Assembly: GCA_963674735.2 (NCBI GenBank)
Contig: CAXXQS010000001.1
Location: 1,909,370-1,973,369, forward strand
Origin: Myxococcota bacterium
Lineage (GTDB): Bacteria; Myxococcota_A; SURF-8
DNA length: 64,000 bases
Direction: 5' to 3'
Under the pieces are notes generated by a model. That model was not told the origin of the DNA and did no database searches. It saw nothing but the letters and a program-made list of their open reading frames with translations. Shown piece after piece: positions 10,528 to 20,216 of this stretch. Position numbers and translations under genes: made by a program. Every line of letters starts with the position of its first letter. Position 1 is the first letter of the stretch.

Positions 10528-10548
10528 CGGGGAAAGAGGCGGGATTGC

Positions 10549-13002
10549 TTATGGGTCGAGGCGCCAGCGTTGGGCGGCCTCGGGGGTAAAGGTCGGCAGG
10601 TCGGGACGACGGTAGGCGCGATACGGGGCCTGCGTTTTGAATGGCACCGGGCTGAGGGAATCCTGTCCGACCGTATCCCAATCCGCGCAATCAAACTCCG
10701 AGCCGCCGTGCTGGTAACAATAGCAGGCTCCCTCATTGGCCAACACCTGACCGATCAAGGCCGAGTCGGTGGTCATGGGAAGATTGGCGGCGATTTCGAA
10801 CGGCTCTCCCTGCACAAACTCGCTGTTGTTCTCCACACACACCCACAAAGACGGGGTGTAATCGCCCTGGGTGAGGATGGCGGTCGGGCACATGCGCACA
10901 TAACGGTTGCTGCCGACGGTTTTGTCGTTGACCTCCGATAAGTAGGCGAAAAAGCCGCCCGTTTCCGGATCGTAATCCAAACGGTTCTCTCCGGCCGTTT
11001 TCAAGCTTTCCAGCCGCTCGATGCCGATATTGGTTTCCATGTACTTCATGCTAATCTGATTCGGCGCCACTTGATTCAAGCTGCCATAGCTGGTCACCGT
11101 CACGATCGGCGTCCCATCCTGAGCGGATCGCGTAACGGCGGCGATGGCATAGCTGCCGTAATCGTGTGTCTCGCCATCTAGCGTAACCTGAACCTCACCG
11201 GAGCCGGGTTGACCGTCCGCCAACACCCCGTCAAGAATGAAAGTCAGCGAATTGGCGGCCTGCGGAGTCAGAAAATCATCCGGCAGGCTGCAGCTCAGTT
11301 CCAGAACCGACGTTTCCCAGGCATCTTCGATACCCAAGTAATAGTTGTTGTAGGCCGGATTTCCCGCGAAATCGATCTCGCGCAAGTCGTTTAAACAACT
11401 CGTGTCGGGCGCGGCTTGCGGATTGTCCATGAACGACAGCATGATCTGCAGACCGCAGTCGCGACTGTTTTCGCTCTGTACGGGCGATTGCGTCAGCACG
11501 CCGTGGTTGGCGAAGGGAATCTCGACGAAGGTCTGATGCTCACCGGTGAGAGCATCCCGCGCCGCAACGGCCACCTCGATGGGGGTTTGCAGATCGAGGG
11601 TTCCGTTCATCGATAAAATCGGCACACTGGGGTCGGCCCAAAGCCCCCAATAGTCGTCGGGTGTGTAAGTCGGCCAGAAGTCGGCCAGACTCATCAGCCG
11701 TTCACCCAGGTAGTTGTTGGTCAACATATCGTTGCGCATGTCTTCCAACTCCGCCACCGTCAGCGGTATTTCGCTCAGCATCTCGGATAGGATAATGTGA
11801 TTACCCAAAGCATATCCGTATTGACGATCCGCGAACGACACCTCACCTCCGAAAATCTTGAAAATGGCGTTGACAATTGCCGCCACATCATCCTCGTTGC
11901 AACGCGCCAACCGATAGTAAAGTGCCGGAACGAGCACCCGCGAGTTCCAGTCGCGTCCCAAGGTGAAAGACGCCATTTGAATGTATTGCATGGTGATGCC
12001 GTAGGAATCGGTCAGCACCGAACAATGCCCATCGCGAAAGTCCGCCAGAGCTTGCTCGGCTGTCGCGGCCGGATCGGAACCGAGTTTTTCGGAACAGAAG
12101 TCGTCTTCGGCGCACATATCGAAAAGTTTGCGCGTGGTCGCATCCGCGTAAACGTCGTAGCGATCGAGATAGGTGGGAATCGAAGGCGGCACCGAGTCCA
12201 GCACGACCCCTTCACTTTGCTCGGGAAAGAGTTGGGCATAGCGATGCCCCCAGTAGGAGCCATAGCTGCAGCCGTAAACGATCACATCCTTGGTTTCTTC
12301 CCGCGCCAGTTCAACCAGGTATCCGACATCAATTGCGGCCTGGGTGGTGGTAAAGGCATGCAACGGATACCCCCAATCCGATTGCAGCCAATCCACGCAC
12401 TGCGTCCACTCGGAATTGGAAAGGCCGAAACCGTTCTCCGAATCGTCGGCCTCGTATTGCGGACAGCCGATTCGCGTCGAAAAACCCACTCCCCGGTGAT
12501 CGAGAAGGTAGATATCCGCCTTGGGATCGGCCTGATTCAGCAGATCCGCCAACCAGGCTAACCCCGTACTCCCCGGTCCGCCCGGACCGCCATGCAGCAA
12601 CCAGATCTGCCGCGTCGCGTCGGCGGACTGCCTGAGACGTTTCACGCGAACGAGCAAGGTCTGGCCTTCGACGTCATACCAGTCCACCGGCATCGGGACA
12701 TCGGCACATTCGGCATCGCGCTGCTGAGCGGAGGTGCTGCCTTCGTAGAGGGGACAATCCGCCCATTCGATCTCCGCCTCAAGCAAGGCCTGCGGCAAAA
12801 CGAAGGGCCCCGGAACATCGCCGTCGGGGTCGTCGCCGTCGGGGTCGTCACCATCGGGCTCATCGCCGTCGGGACTATCGCCGTCAGGGCTATCGCCATC
12901 CGGATTTCCATTGCCTTCAGAATCCCCCCCGCAAGCAATGAGCACCAAGCTCATGACAATCAACGAAGTCCATCTTAAAATCCAGAAGCATCCCTTGCGC
13001 AT
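10549..13002 (-). CDS. Secreted S33-type alpha/beta hydrolase lipoprotein (tripeptidyl/prolyl aminopeptidase-like) with a large C-terminal extension
   Basis: Start set at the ATG at 13002 (MRKGCFWILRWTSLIVMSLVLIACGG, lipobox). It has a (PDGDx)x6 spacer, the oxyanion motif LLHGGPGGPG and the nucleophile elbow GCSYGS. Confidence 0.75.
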   Translation of the reverse strand: MRKGCFWILRWTSLIVMSLVLIACGGDSEGNGNPDGDSPDGDSPDGDEPDGDDPDGDDPDGDVPGPFVLPQALLEAEIEWADCPLYEGSTSAQQRDAECADVPMPVDWYDVEGQTLLVRVKRLRQSADATRQIWLLHGGPGGPGSTGLAWLADLLNQADPKADIYLLDHRGVGFSTRIGCPQYEADDSENGFGLSNSEWTQCVDWLQSDWGYPLHAFTTTQAAIDVGYLVELAREETKDVIVYGCSYGSYWGHRYAQLFPEQSEGVVLDSVPPSIPTYLDRYDVYADATTRKLFDMCAEDDFCSEKLGSDPAATAEQALADFRDGHCSVLTDSYGITMQYIQMASFTLGRDWNSRVLVPALYYRLARCNEDDVAAIVNAIFKIFGGEVSFADRQYGYALGNHIILSEMLSEIPLTVAELEDMRNDMLTNNYLGERLMSLADFWPTYTPDDYWGLWADPSVPILSMNGTLDLQTPIEVAVAARDALTGEHQTFVEIPFANHGVLTQSPVQSENSRDCGLQIMLSFMDNPQAAPDTSCLNDLREIDFAGNPAYNNYYLGIEDAWETSVLELSCSLPDDFLTPQAANSLTFILDGVLADGQPGSGEVQVTLDGETHDYGSYAIAAVTRSAQDGTPIVTVTSYGSLNQVAPNQISMKYMETNIGIERLESLKTAGENRLDYDPETGGFFAYLSEVNDKTVGSNRYVRMCPTAILTQGDYTPSLWVCVENNSEFVQGEPFEIAANLPMTTDSALIGQVLANEGACYCYQHGGSEFDCADWDTVGQDSLSPVPFKTQAPYRAYRRPDLPTFTPEAAQRWRLDP
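12815..12905 (-). repeat. In-frame 15-nt tandem repeat encoding (PDGD-x)x6
   Basis: The plus strand shows repeated atcgccgtcggg(g/a)(t/c)c units. They translate to PDGDSPDGDSPDGDEPDGDDPDGDDPDGDVPG. Confidence 0.8.
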
Positions 13003-13540
13003 GGCGACTCCTTTTCTTCTGCGGCCATAAATTTTATCGGCAATCGTCGGTACTGACTTCATTCCCAGCAGCAACTCACCAAGATCTTCCACGATCGAAA
13101 TGAAAGACATGAACTCCCACAACCGTCGTTTCACTGAGTACTTCGCCCTTTACCGAACTGACGAATCCACGAAATGAAGGTTTATTTTCTTTTTTATATC
13201 GTGATCAGCAGGCTTCATCCAAATAAAATTCGTTTCATATATGGTTATACCGCTCTTTACTAAAGAGCACCTATCCATACACCAGACAACTACCATATTG
13301 TTATTACTGGAATATTTTTGCTTTACAGGCGGCACTTACACAGCATGAACGGATATTGAGAACATACGTGAGAGCATCTGTGCATGCTCTTCACGATTTT
13401 GTGCTCGCATTCTGGTAACGCTTCACAAGCGAAAACGTCCTCCTTACTAGAACGCCGCTCTTTCGGTGTCTGGCAAACAGGGGCGACAAATGACAGGCAA
13501 TTCTGCTCGACCCCATGGATTTTTTAAGGAGGTTCTCATC

Positions 13541-13837
13541 ATGAAAAAAGTACTGCTTCTAACTACCCTGATGCTGGCTCTCACGCTCCCCGTTCTCGCC
13601 GCCGACAACAACGACCGTCCACGCCGCCAAGGTCCGCCCCCGGAATCGCTGGACGCCTGCGCGGATCTGCAAGCCGGCGACAGCTGCTCCTTCACCTGTC
13701 CGGTGCGAGGCATGGAAATCGAAGGGGTCTGCGTAACCTCTCGACGCAGCGACGATCTACACTGTCGTCCGAACGATCCTCCGGGCGGCGGCCGCGGGAA
13801 AGGCCGAGGAAAAGGACGCGGAAACAACAGGAACTAG
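13541..13837 (+). CDS. Small secreted protein with a Gly/Arg/Lys-rich tail
   Basis: AAGGAGG RBS 8 nt upstream of the ATG at 13541. Signal peptide MKKVLLLTTLMLALTLPVLAA, 5 Cys, C-terminal GGGRGKGRGKGRGNNRN. Confidence 0.55.
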   Translation: MKKVLLLTTLMLALTLPVLAADNNDRPRRQGPPPESLDACADLQAGDSCSFTCPVRGMEIEGVCVTSRRSDDLHCRPNDPPGGGRGKGRGKGRGNNRN

Positions 13838-13855
13838 CCGCGATTCTGTGATAAC

Positions 13856-13890
13856 GTCTCCTCAGGCGACGATTGTTCACCTGAGGAGAC
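13856..13890 (+). promoter_or_regulatory. Perfect 11-bp-stem hairpin that buries the Shine-Dalgarno of the downstream gene
   Basis: GTCTCCTCAGG (13856-13866), 13-nt loop, CCTGAGGAGAC (13880-13890). The GAGGAG sits inside the 3' arm, 4 nt before the ATG at 13895. There is no U-tract. Confidence 0.5.
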
Positions 13891-13894
13891 ACAC

Positions 13895-14395
13895 ATGTTT
13901 AAGCTATCCCCCAAAAGCCAGAAGTGGTTGAAAATCCTTCATCTTATCTTTGTTTCGGCTTGGGTGGGAACGGCGATTTGTCTCACGTCCATGTTGGCGA
14001 CCTTGGATGCGAAAAGCGGACAAGAACTTTTGGGATATCTGAAAGCGATGAAATTCATCGATGATTTCATCATCATCCCAGCCGCCATGAGTTGCCTGCT
14101 GACCGGCCTGCTATACAGCACGGTCACCCACTGGGGTTTTTTCAAGCATCACTGGATCACAATCAAATGGATCATTACGGTTTCCAGCATTCTTTTCGGC
14201 ACCTTCTGGCTGGGTCCGTGGCTCAACAGTTTGCTGCCTATGGCCGATCGACTGGGCTTGGCGGCCTTCGCCGACGCCGAGTTCGTCCGAATTTACCACC
14301 TGGATATGAGGTTCGGGATCCTGCAGGTGGCCGCGCTGCTGTTTGCCGTCGTGCTGTCCGTTCTCAAACCCTGGAAAGCCAAACACACAAGTTGA
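13895..14395 (+). CDS. Integral membrane protein (about 4 TM helices), unknown function
   Basis: Four hydrophobic segments and good coding appearance. No motif recognised. Confidence 0.55.
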   Translation: MFKLSPKSQKWLKILHLIFVSAWVGTAICLTSMLATLDAKSGQELLGYLKAMKFIDDFIIIPAAMSCLLTGLLYSTVTHWGFFKHHWITIKWIITVSSILFGTFWLGPWLNSLLPMADRLGLAAFADAEFVRIYHLDMRFGILQVAALLFAVVLSVLKPWKAKHTS

Positions 14396-14526
14396 ACACT
14401 TCGATCCGGACCTCAAACGGTGCAAAATAGTCGGTTATCAGAAGACCTCTCAAATGGGCTTGCCGCCGGAACCCGATTCCGTTACTCTTGCTGGTGAGAT
14501 TTTCAACTCAGCCATCAGGAGATGCC

Positions 14527-14883
14527 ATGCGTTGCGAAAAATGCGGAGCCGCCACAACGGAGCAGGAAGCACACAACCATGCCGGTCAGACCTTATGCGA
14601 CGACTGCTACATGGACGCTCTTTCCCCCACTCGTACCTGCGACCCCTGGGCGGTGCATGCGGCCAAAGGGTTGGAAAAAAGCGATGGGCCTGTTTGCCTC
14701 ACCCCGCGCCAGGAACGCCTGCTGGGCATTCTCAAACAAACGGGCGGTATCGCTCCCGGCAACTTAGCTGCGGAACTGGGCATCGAGATCAAAGAACTTG
14801 AGCGCGATATCGCCGCCCTGCGCCATATGGAAAAACTGCGCGGGGAAATGCGAGACGGGGTCAAACTGATTGTCCTCTGGTAA
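14527..14883 (+). CDS. Zinc-ribbon plus winged-helix-like small protein
   Basis: AGGAG RBS. The N-terminal CxxC...CxxC (MRCEKCG...LCDDCY) forms a zinc ribbon. The C-terminal LTPRQERLLGILKQTGGIAPGNLAAELGIEIKELERDIAALRHMEKL looks like a wHTH. Confidence 0.5.
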   Translation: MRCEKCGAATTEQEAHNHAGQTLCDDCYMDALSPTRTCDPWAVHAAKGLEKSDGPVCLTPRQERLLGILKQTGGIAPGNLAAELGIEIKELERDIAALRHMEKLRGEMRDGVKLIVLW

Positions 14884-14917
14884 ACAAGACCCCCTCGTCA
14901 TTCGCGAAGGAACAGAC

Positions 14918-15415
14918 ATGACCTCCCCCGTCTTTTGTCCGCAATGCGGCAAGAAACTGATGCCCGGAATGCACGCGGAACGCGAGCGTCTGGCCTGCCC
15001 CGACGCATCCTGCGGATATGTCTTCTGGGACAATCCGATTCCGGTGGTGGCGGCCATCATCGAACAGAAGGGCAACGTACTCTTGGTACGCAATCAGGGT
15101 TGGCCGGAAAAGATGTTCGCGCTGGTCACCGGATTTCTCGAACGCGATGAGAGCCCGGAGGAAGGCTGTCTGCGTGAAATTGCGGAAGAAACGGGACTCC
15201 GTGCTGAAATCACCGAATTGGTCGGAGTCTACCCTTTTCTTCCGATGAATCAAGTCATCATCGCCTATGCCGTCAAGGCACAGGGCGAGGTGATATTAGG
15301 AGAAGAACTCGCGGATTTTCGCTGGATCCCGATCGAAAAAGTGCGGCCGTGGCCACAAGCGACCGGACAAGCGCTTGCTCGCTGGCTGGAGAAACAAGGA
15401 GTGGATAGAGCCTGA
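14918..15415 (+). CDS. NUDIX hydrolase with an N-terminal zinc ribbon
   Basis: CPQCG...CPDASCG zinc ribbon. Complete Nudix box GFLERDESPEEGCLREIAEETGL (Gx5Ex7REUxEExGU). Confidence 0.8.
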   Translation: MTSPVFCPQCGKKLMPGMHAERERLACPDASCGYVFWDNPIPVVAAIIEQKGNVLLVRNQGWPEKMFALVTGFLERDESPEEGCLREIAEETGLRAEITELVGVYPFLPMNQVIIAYAVKAQGEVILGEELADFRWIPIEKVRPWPQATGQALARWLEKQGVDRA

Positions 15416-15438
15416 TTTCGATCCACAGCAGGATTCGA

Positions 15439-15657
15439 TCAGCCTTTTTCCAAAATAACTTTGGCCTTGCTCTGATTGTTTGGAAAGAGATCCGAAGGCA
15501 CACGGCCTTTTCCCTTGGCTTTGAAAATTATATACCGAGCGCAATTACTTTTATCGCCTTTGCAATATTGCCGTTTGTAGGAATTCGCCAAGGCGGGCAT
15601 GTTGGCCATCTTGTCATTGAAGAAAATGCAACCGGGAATACATTCACAATCAGCCAT
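15439..15657 (-). CDS. Small Cys-rich protein, unknown function
   Basis: MADCECIPGCIFFNDKMANMPALANSYKRQYCKGDKSNCARY. The 6 Cys are arranged like a metal-binding mini-domain. Resemblance to small conserved deltaproteobacterial proteins is from memory only. Confidence 0.45.
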   Translation of the reverse strand: MADCECIPGCIFFNDKMANMPALANSYKRQYCKGDKSNCARYIIFKAKGKGRVPSDLFPNNQSKAKVILEKG

Positions 15658-15813
15658 GATAGTCTCCAATCATGATAAGGTTCAACCCAAACGCCTCAAT
15701 TCTCATATCGGTCATTGTCTTTTTTATTTTACCATTGTTTCAACCAAGTAGTGTTTTCAACTAAGAAGTAAACAGATGGGTTTTTACCTTGAATTTTGAA
15801 TCAGGGGAAAAAG

Positions 15814-16476
15814 ATGTCTAAAAGCGGAACGTTTAACTACAACGCCGACGTCGCATCCATCTACGACGACATCGCTCGTCGTTGTTGGTCGCACAGTGCG
15901 GAAATCATATTCGGTTTGCTCTATGAATGGATTGAACCGGGGCAACGGATGCTGGATATCGGCATCGGCACCGGTTTAAGCGTCCGGCCTTTTCTCAAAG
16001 CCGGGCTTTCGGTCCATGGTTTGGATAATGCGGAAGCGATGCTGGCTCGCTGCCGGGAAACGCTTCCCTGCAAAGAGCTGCTTCTACACGATCTCACCCA
16101 ATTCCCCTACCCTTTTCCAGACCGGCACTTTCAGGTTGTCACCTGCATCGGTGTTTTTCACTTCATTAAAGATCTCTATCCCGTTCTCGCCGAAGCGGCA
16201 CGCCTGCTTCCGCCCGACGGCGTCTTCGGTTTTACCTATGCCGTTCGTCCGCTGACGCTCGATAAAAACAGTACGGACGTCATCCCGGGACGCATCTCGA
16301 CTCAAACGGACCCGGAAAGCGGAACCCGGCTCTACGCGCATTCCGAAACCTACCTGGAGCGGGGATTGCAACGCGCCGGTTTTCACTTGGAGAAACAAAC
16401 GGACTTTCTGGCATCCAAAGCCGACACCCCGGAGAAGAACGTTTACATGCGGGCCGTAACGGCAAAACGAAGCTGA
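15814..16476 (+). CDS. Class I SAM-dependent methyltransferase
   Basis: Motif I MLDIGIGTGLS, a post-I acidic residue, and VVTCIGVFHF / LLPPDGVFGF motifs. Confidence 0.8.
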   Translation: MSKSGTFNYNADVASIYDDIARRCWSHSAEIIFGLLYEWIEPGQRMLDIGIGTGLSVRPFLKAGLSVHGLDNAEAMLARCRETLPCKELLLHDLTQFPYPFPDRHFQVVTCIGVFHFIKDLYPVLAEAARLLPPDGVFGFTYAVRPLTLDKNSTDVIPGRISTQTDPESGTRLYAHSETYLERGLQRAGFHLEKQTDFLASKADTPEKNVYMRAVTAKRS

Positions 16477-16629
16477 TTCGCCGAAGCCATGCCGTTGGGT
16501 CGCCTCTGATTTTGCAGGCACGAGTCGTCGGAAAAGGCTAGACAAACTCACCTACCTCTAATAGTATTAAGGTTTGTAGGTGCAGTCTTTCCGTGTCACG
16601 AAAAACCGGACAAAAGGAGTCGTTTCATC

Positions 16630-18594
16630 ATGTTTCTGCGACCTGCTCTGCAGCGTTTTCTGGTGGTTGGTTTATTGATCTGCTTAGCCCTTTCCGTCGC
16701 CTGCAACAGTTCCGAAGATTCCAACGGCGAAGAGCCCGTTTTCGATGGCGACGTCGGCGGCTCCGACCCCACCGATGGCGATACTCCCGTCGATGGCGAC
16801 GACACGCCGCTTCCGGCATGCAAACCGATCTGCGAGCGCTATTGCGACCTGCTTAAACAATGCGACACAACCGGTGCCGTCGCTGGCGAAGTTTATGCCC
16901 AATGCAAGGAAAGCTGTGCGGCGATTCGACTGAGCGGCCAATACATACCCAACATTTCCTGTGGAGAAGAAGCCGATTGCGGCACCTTCGTCCGTTGCGA
17001 CTCCAGTAATGGCGACCCCGATTTTCGCTGCGACACCGGCGATGCGCCCGATATCGACGGCGACAGCCCGCAACCCGACGGCGACCAGCCCCAAACCGAC
17101 GGCGACCAGGAAGCGCAACCCGATGGCGACGAAGAAATTCCCGAAGGCGGATGCACCGCGGAAATCTTCTGTCCCGCCCAAACCAATTGCGATCCCGATT
17201 CCCACCTCTGCCTGCCGGACTGCGATCCGTACGCCCCGAATTGCCACGGCGACCAGATCTGCAAAATCATCACCGAACCGGCCCCCTACGGATTGGGCAA
17301 AGGCGTCTGTATCGCCGACCCCGGAGAAGGCGGACTGGAAGGCGAGATCTGCAATCCCGGCCGCCCGTGTCGCCCCGATTTCGTCTGCGGGGACGCCAGT
17401 TTCTGTGAAAAACCCTGTAATCCCAATCTTCCGGACGACGCCTGCACCGACGGTCTGCGCTGCCGCTATAGCGACTCGGTCGGAATCGGCACTTGCGCGT
17501 TCTGTCACCTCGGCTATCCCTGCACCCAGAACAAAAAGTGCCTCAACGGCTACTGCCGCTACGGTCAGGAATGTGAAAGCTCCGACACCTGCCCCAACGG
17601 CGAGAGCTGTTTCAACGGTTACTGCGACGACAACTGCACGGTCACCGGCTGCAATCCCGGCACCTGCGATGCCGACAGCGGTTTCTGCTATGCCGATATC
17701 TGCGACAACGGATGCGACAGCGGCGAATGCTGCAACCGCACAAGTTGCGGTCCCTGCTGCTCTCCCGCCTGTCCGGCAGGCCAAGTCTGCGACTACGATC
17801 CCAGCTGCGGCAACGAGCTTTCGTGCTGCGTCGACCGCACCGACTGCCGCGACATGCCCGACAACTTCTGCAACGGCATTCCCTGCGACCGCGAAACCGG
17901 CGGTTGCCGGGGAGCCTGTCCGGCCAGTTGTCCATGGAACTACGTCTGCGGACAATGGAGCGGCTTCGAATGCGTCCCGACCTCTCCCCAGAGCTGCGAT
18001 GAGCCCATCGGCGGCGATTGCCCGACCTGCACGGCCTGCGATTTCTGGGGCTCGAAACAATGTGTTGCCACCGGAACCTGCGGCATCAGCTGCATCCCGC
18101 GTGGAATCGCCTGCACCCCCACTCCCGGAACCAGCTTCCTTTCCTGCTGCGACGATCAGGTCTGTTGCACCGCCTCCAGCGGCAGCAAGGTCTGCTGTCC
18201 GCCCGGCTGGTGCCAGGTGGGAGTCGGATGCGTCGACCCGGATGCCGACGGCGATGTGACGGAAGATTACACCTGCCCCGAGTGCGACAGCATGGCGGGC
18301 AACTGGTGCAAAGATCCATCCGCCACCTGTCCTTCGCCATGGGAAGAGCTGATCGTGCGCCGTATCAACTCCTACCCGTGTTTCTTCGTGCTCTACCATA
18401 CCGCTTACGAGTTGGACAACCTGCTGACGGACACGGAGTATTGCGACAGTCAGGCCTTGCACTTCTACGACAGTCCGGGGTATGACGAATGCGCGTTGTA
18501 TTGGGATCGTCCCAATGATCGATACACAGTCAAATGCCGACAAGGAACGACCTCGTGCAGTGCCGCGTTCAGCCAAAGCTACTGCAGCAAGTGA
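16630..18594 (+). CDS. Hyper-cysteine-rich secreted lipoprotein (paralogue A)
   Basis: AAGGAG RBS, lipobox LSVAC, acidic DGD spacer. More than 400 aa follow with Cys every 3-8 residues. Colinear with the next gene. Confidence 0.7.
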   Translation: MFLRPALQRFLVVGLLICLALSVACNSSEDSNGEEPVFDGDVGGSDPTDGDTPVDGDDTPLPACKPICERYCDLLKQCDTTGAVAGEVYAQCKESCAAIRLSGQYIPNISCGEEADCGTFVRCDSSNGDPDFRCDTGDAPDIDGDSPQPDGDQPQTDGDQEAQPDGDEEIPEGGCTAEIFCPAQTNCDPDSHLCLPDCDPYAPNCHGDQICKIITEPAPYGLGKGVCIADPGEGGLEGEICNPGRPCRPDFVCGDASFCEKPCNPNLPDDACTDGLRCRYSDSVGIGTCAFCHLGYPCTQNKKCLNGYCRYGQECESSDTCPNGESCFNGYCDDNCTVTGCNPGTCDADSGFCYADICDNGCDSGECCNRTSCGPCCSPACPAGQVCDYDPSCGNELSCCVDRTDCRDMPDNFCNGIPCDRETGGCRGACPASCPWNYVCGQWSGFECVPTSPQSCDEPIGGDCPTCTACDFWGSKQCVATGTCGISCIPRGIACTPTPGTSFLSCCDDQVCCTASSGSKVCCPPGWCQVGVGCVDPDADGDVTEDYTCPECDSMAGNWCKDPSATCPSPWEELIVRRINSYPCFFVLYHTAYELDNLLTDTEYCDSQALHFYDSPGYDECALYWDRPNDRYTVKCRQGTTSCSAAFSQSYCSK

Positions 18595-18620
18595 TAGAAC
18601 CGAATTCAAGGCTAAAAACG

Positions 18621-20216
18621 ATGAAAAACAAAGCAATCCATCTTCCGCTCGTCTTCCTGCTGATGCTCCTGCTCGTCCTCGGCATATCCTGCAAATCGGA
18701 GAGCGACGACTCCGACCCGACTTACCCGGCCGGGGATTCCGACTCAACAACGACCGATGGCGATCAGAATCCCAGCACGGGTGAAAATACGACCGGCACG
18801 GCCTGTGTCGCCAACTGTGAAGGAACCGATCAATATTGCCTGTCGCTCTCGAACGCGGTGGATTGCGATGGCTATTGCATGGCGGCCAGCGGCCAACAGG
18901 ACGGCTTTTGCCTCGGACTGTGTGCGACCGGAACAGGCTGTCCGGCGCAAACCACCTGCTTGACCTGCGCCGACAAGGCCGAGTGGTCGGGGCATTGCGT
19001 CTACAACGACTTGCTGCCCTGGTTCAACAACATCTGCAACTCCGGCAGCGACGGCGACAACGATGCCCCCGATGGCGACGATCCCCTCGACGGCGACTCG
19101 GACGATCCCGTTGTTTACGGCTGCCAGACGGAAAATGATTGTGCGGATGGCGAGCACTGCGATCCGGCGACAAATAAATGCGCGACGGCCTGCGATCCCT
19201 ACACCCGCGAATGCATGGGAGCCCAGGTTTGTCACGTGCTCCAGGAAGGCGAATTGGCCGGAGAAGGCGTGGCCATTTGCGTCGATCAAATCAGCTACGG
19301 TCGGGATGAGGGTCAGTTGTGCGTCGGCGGCCAACTCTGCAAACACCACTTGATCTGCTTCCTGAACGACCACTGCTCGACCGTCTGCGATCCGGATGGC
19401 GAGAACACCTGCCCCGACAACAAACTCTGCCACCTGGATGACACCAGCGGCGTCGGCGTGTGCGAGCGCTGCTCGGACTTCGTCCCCTGCCCGGATGGCC
19501 AGGTCTGCGACGACGGCGTATGCGAAACCAAAATATCCTGCGATAGCTACGAAGACTGCACGCGCCCCATGACCTGCCTGTCGAATTACTGCCAGGACGG
19601 CTGTTCCATAACCGGTTGCATCAGCGGCTTCTGTAATGGCCTGACCGGCTATTGCGAAGAAACCTGCCTCCCCGCCTGCCCGGATGGCCAATGCTGCAAC
19701 CAGGGCGAGTGCGGACCCTGCTGCGACCCACCTTGCTATAATCGTGATATCTGCATCGAGGACGTCTCTTGCGCTCCCGACGCAACCTGTTGCTTTACAC
19801 CGGAGGACTGCCGCGAGCAAACCGACCCGGACGCTTGGTGCGAGGGCGATCTGATTTGCGACAACACCACCGGCGATTGCCGTCCGGAATGCCCGCCCGC
19901 CGGTTGCGGCTGGGGATATGTTTGCGGCATGGAAACCGGGTATGAGTGCGAACCGATCCCGCCCGAACCCTGCGACCCGCTAACGGCCTGCTCGGATTCG
20001 GCTTGTATGGTTTGCGCGTGGCTACAGGGTCAATGCGTTCCAAACGCCAGCGGAAATTGTCCGTTCAATTGCGTTCCGACCGGCGTGGGCTGCGGAACGG
20101 CTATCGGGCAAATGGCCTGCTGTATGGGCGATACCTGCTGCACGGACGAATCGGGAATGTCGACCTGCTGCCCCTCCGGCAGTTGCGTCAGCGGCCAAGG
20201 CTGCCAGGCGCGTTAG
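18621..20216 (+). CDS. Hyper-cysteine-rich secreted lipoprotein (paralogue B)
   Basis: Start set at the ATG at 18621 (MKNKAIHLPLVFLLMLLLVLGISC, lipobox). Cys spacing is conserved with paralogue A, e.g. CDPYxxxC...CGPCCxPxC...GxCRxxCPxxxCxWxYVCG. Confidence 0.7.
   Translation: MKNKAIHLPLVFLLMLLLVLGISCKSESDDSDPTYPAGDSDSTTTDGDQNPSTGENTTGTACVANCEGTDQYCLSLSNAVDCDGYCMAASGQQDGFCLGLCATGTGCPAQTTCLTCADKAEWSGHCVYNDLLPWFNNICNSGSDGDNDAPDGDDPLDGDSDDPVVYGCQTENDCADGEHCDPATNKCATACDPYTRECMGAQVCHVLQEGELAGEGVAICVDQISYGRDEGQLCVGGQLCKHHLICFLNDHCSTVCDPDGENTCPDNKLCHLDDTSGVGVCERCSDFVPCPDGQVCDDGVCETKISCDSYEDCTRPMTCLSNYCQDGCSITGCISGFCNGLTGYCEETCLPACPDGQCCNQGECGPCCDPPCYNRDICIEDVSCAPDATCCFTPEDCREQTDPDAWCEGDLICDNTTGDCRPECPPAGCGWGYVCGMETGYECEPIPPEPCDPLTACSDSACMVCAWLQGQCVPNASGNCPFNCVPTGVGCGTAIGQMACCMGDTCCTDESGMSTCCPSGSCVSGQGCQAR

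Noticed and set aside
16684-18750. 688-aa minus-strand ORF antisense to the Cys-rich lipoprotein gene
   Set aside because: It is an Ala/Gly/Val/Arg low-complexity mirror-frame product of a GC-rich gene with no RBS or motifs. The plus-strand gene has an RBS, a lipobox and a paralogue.
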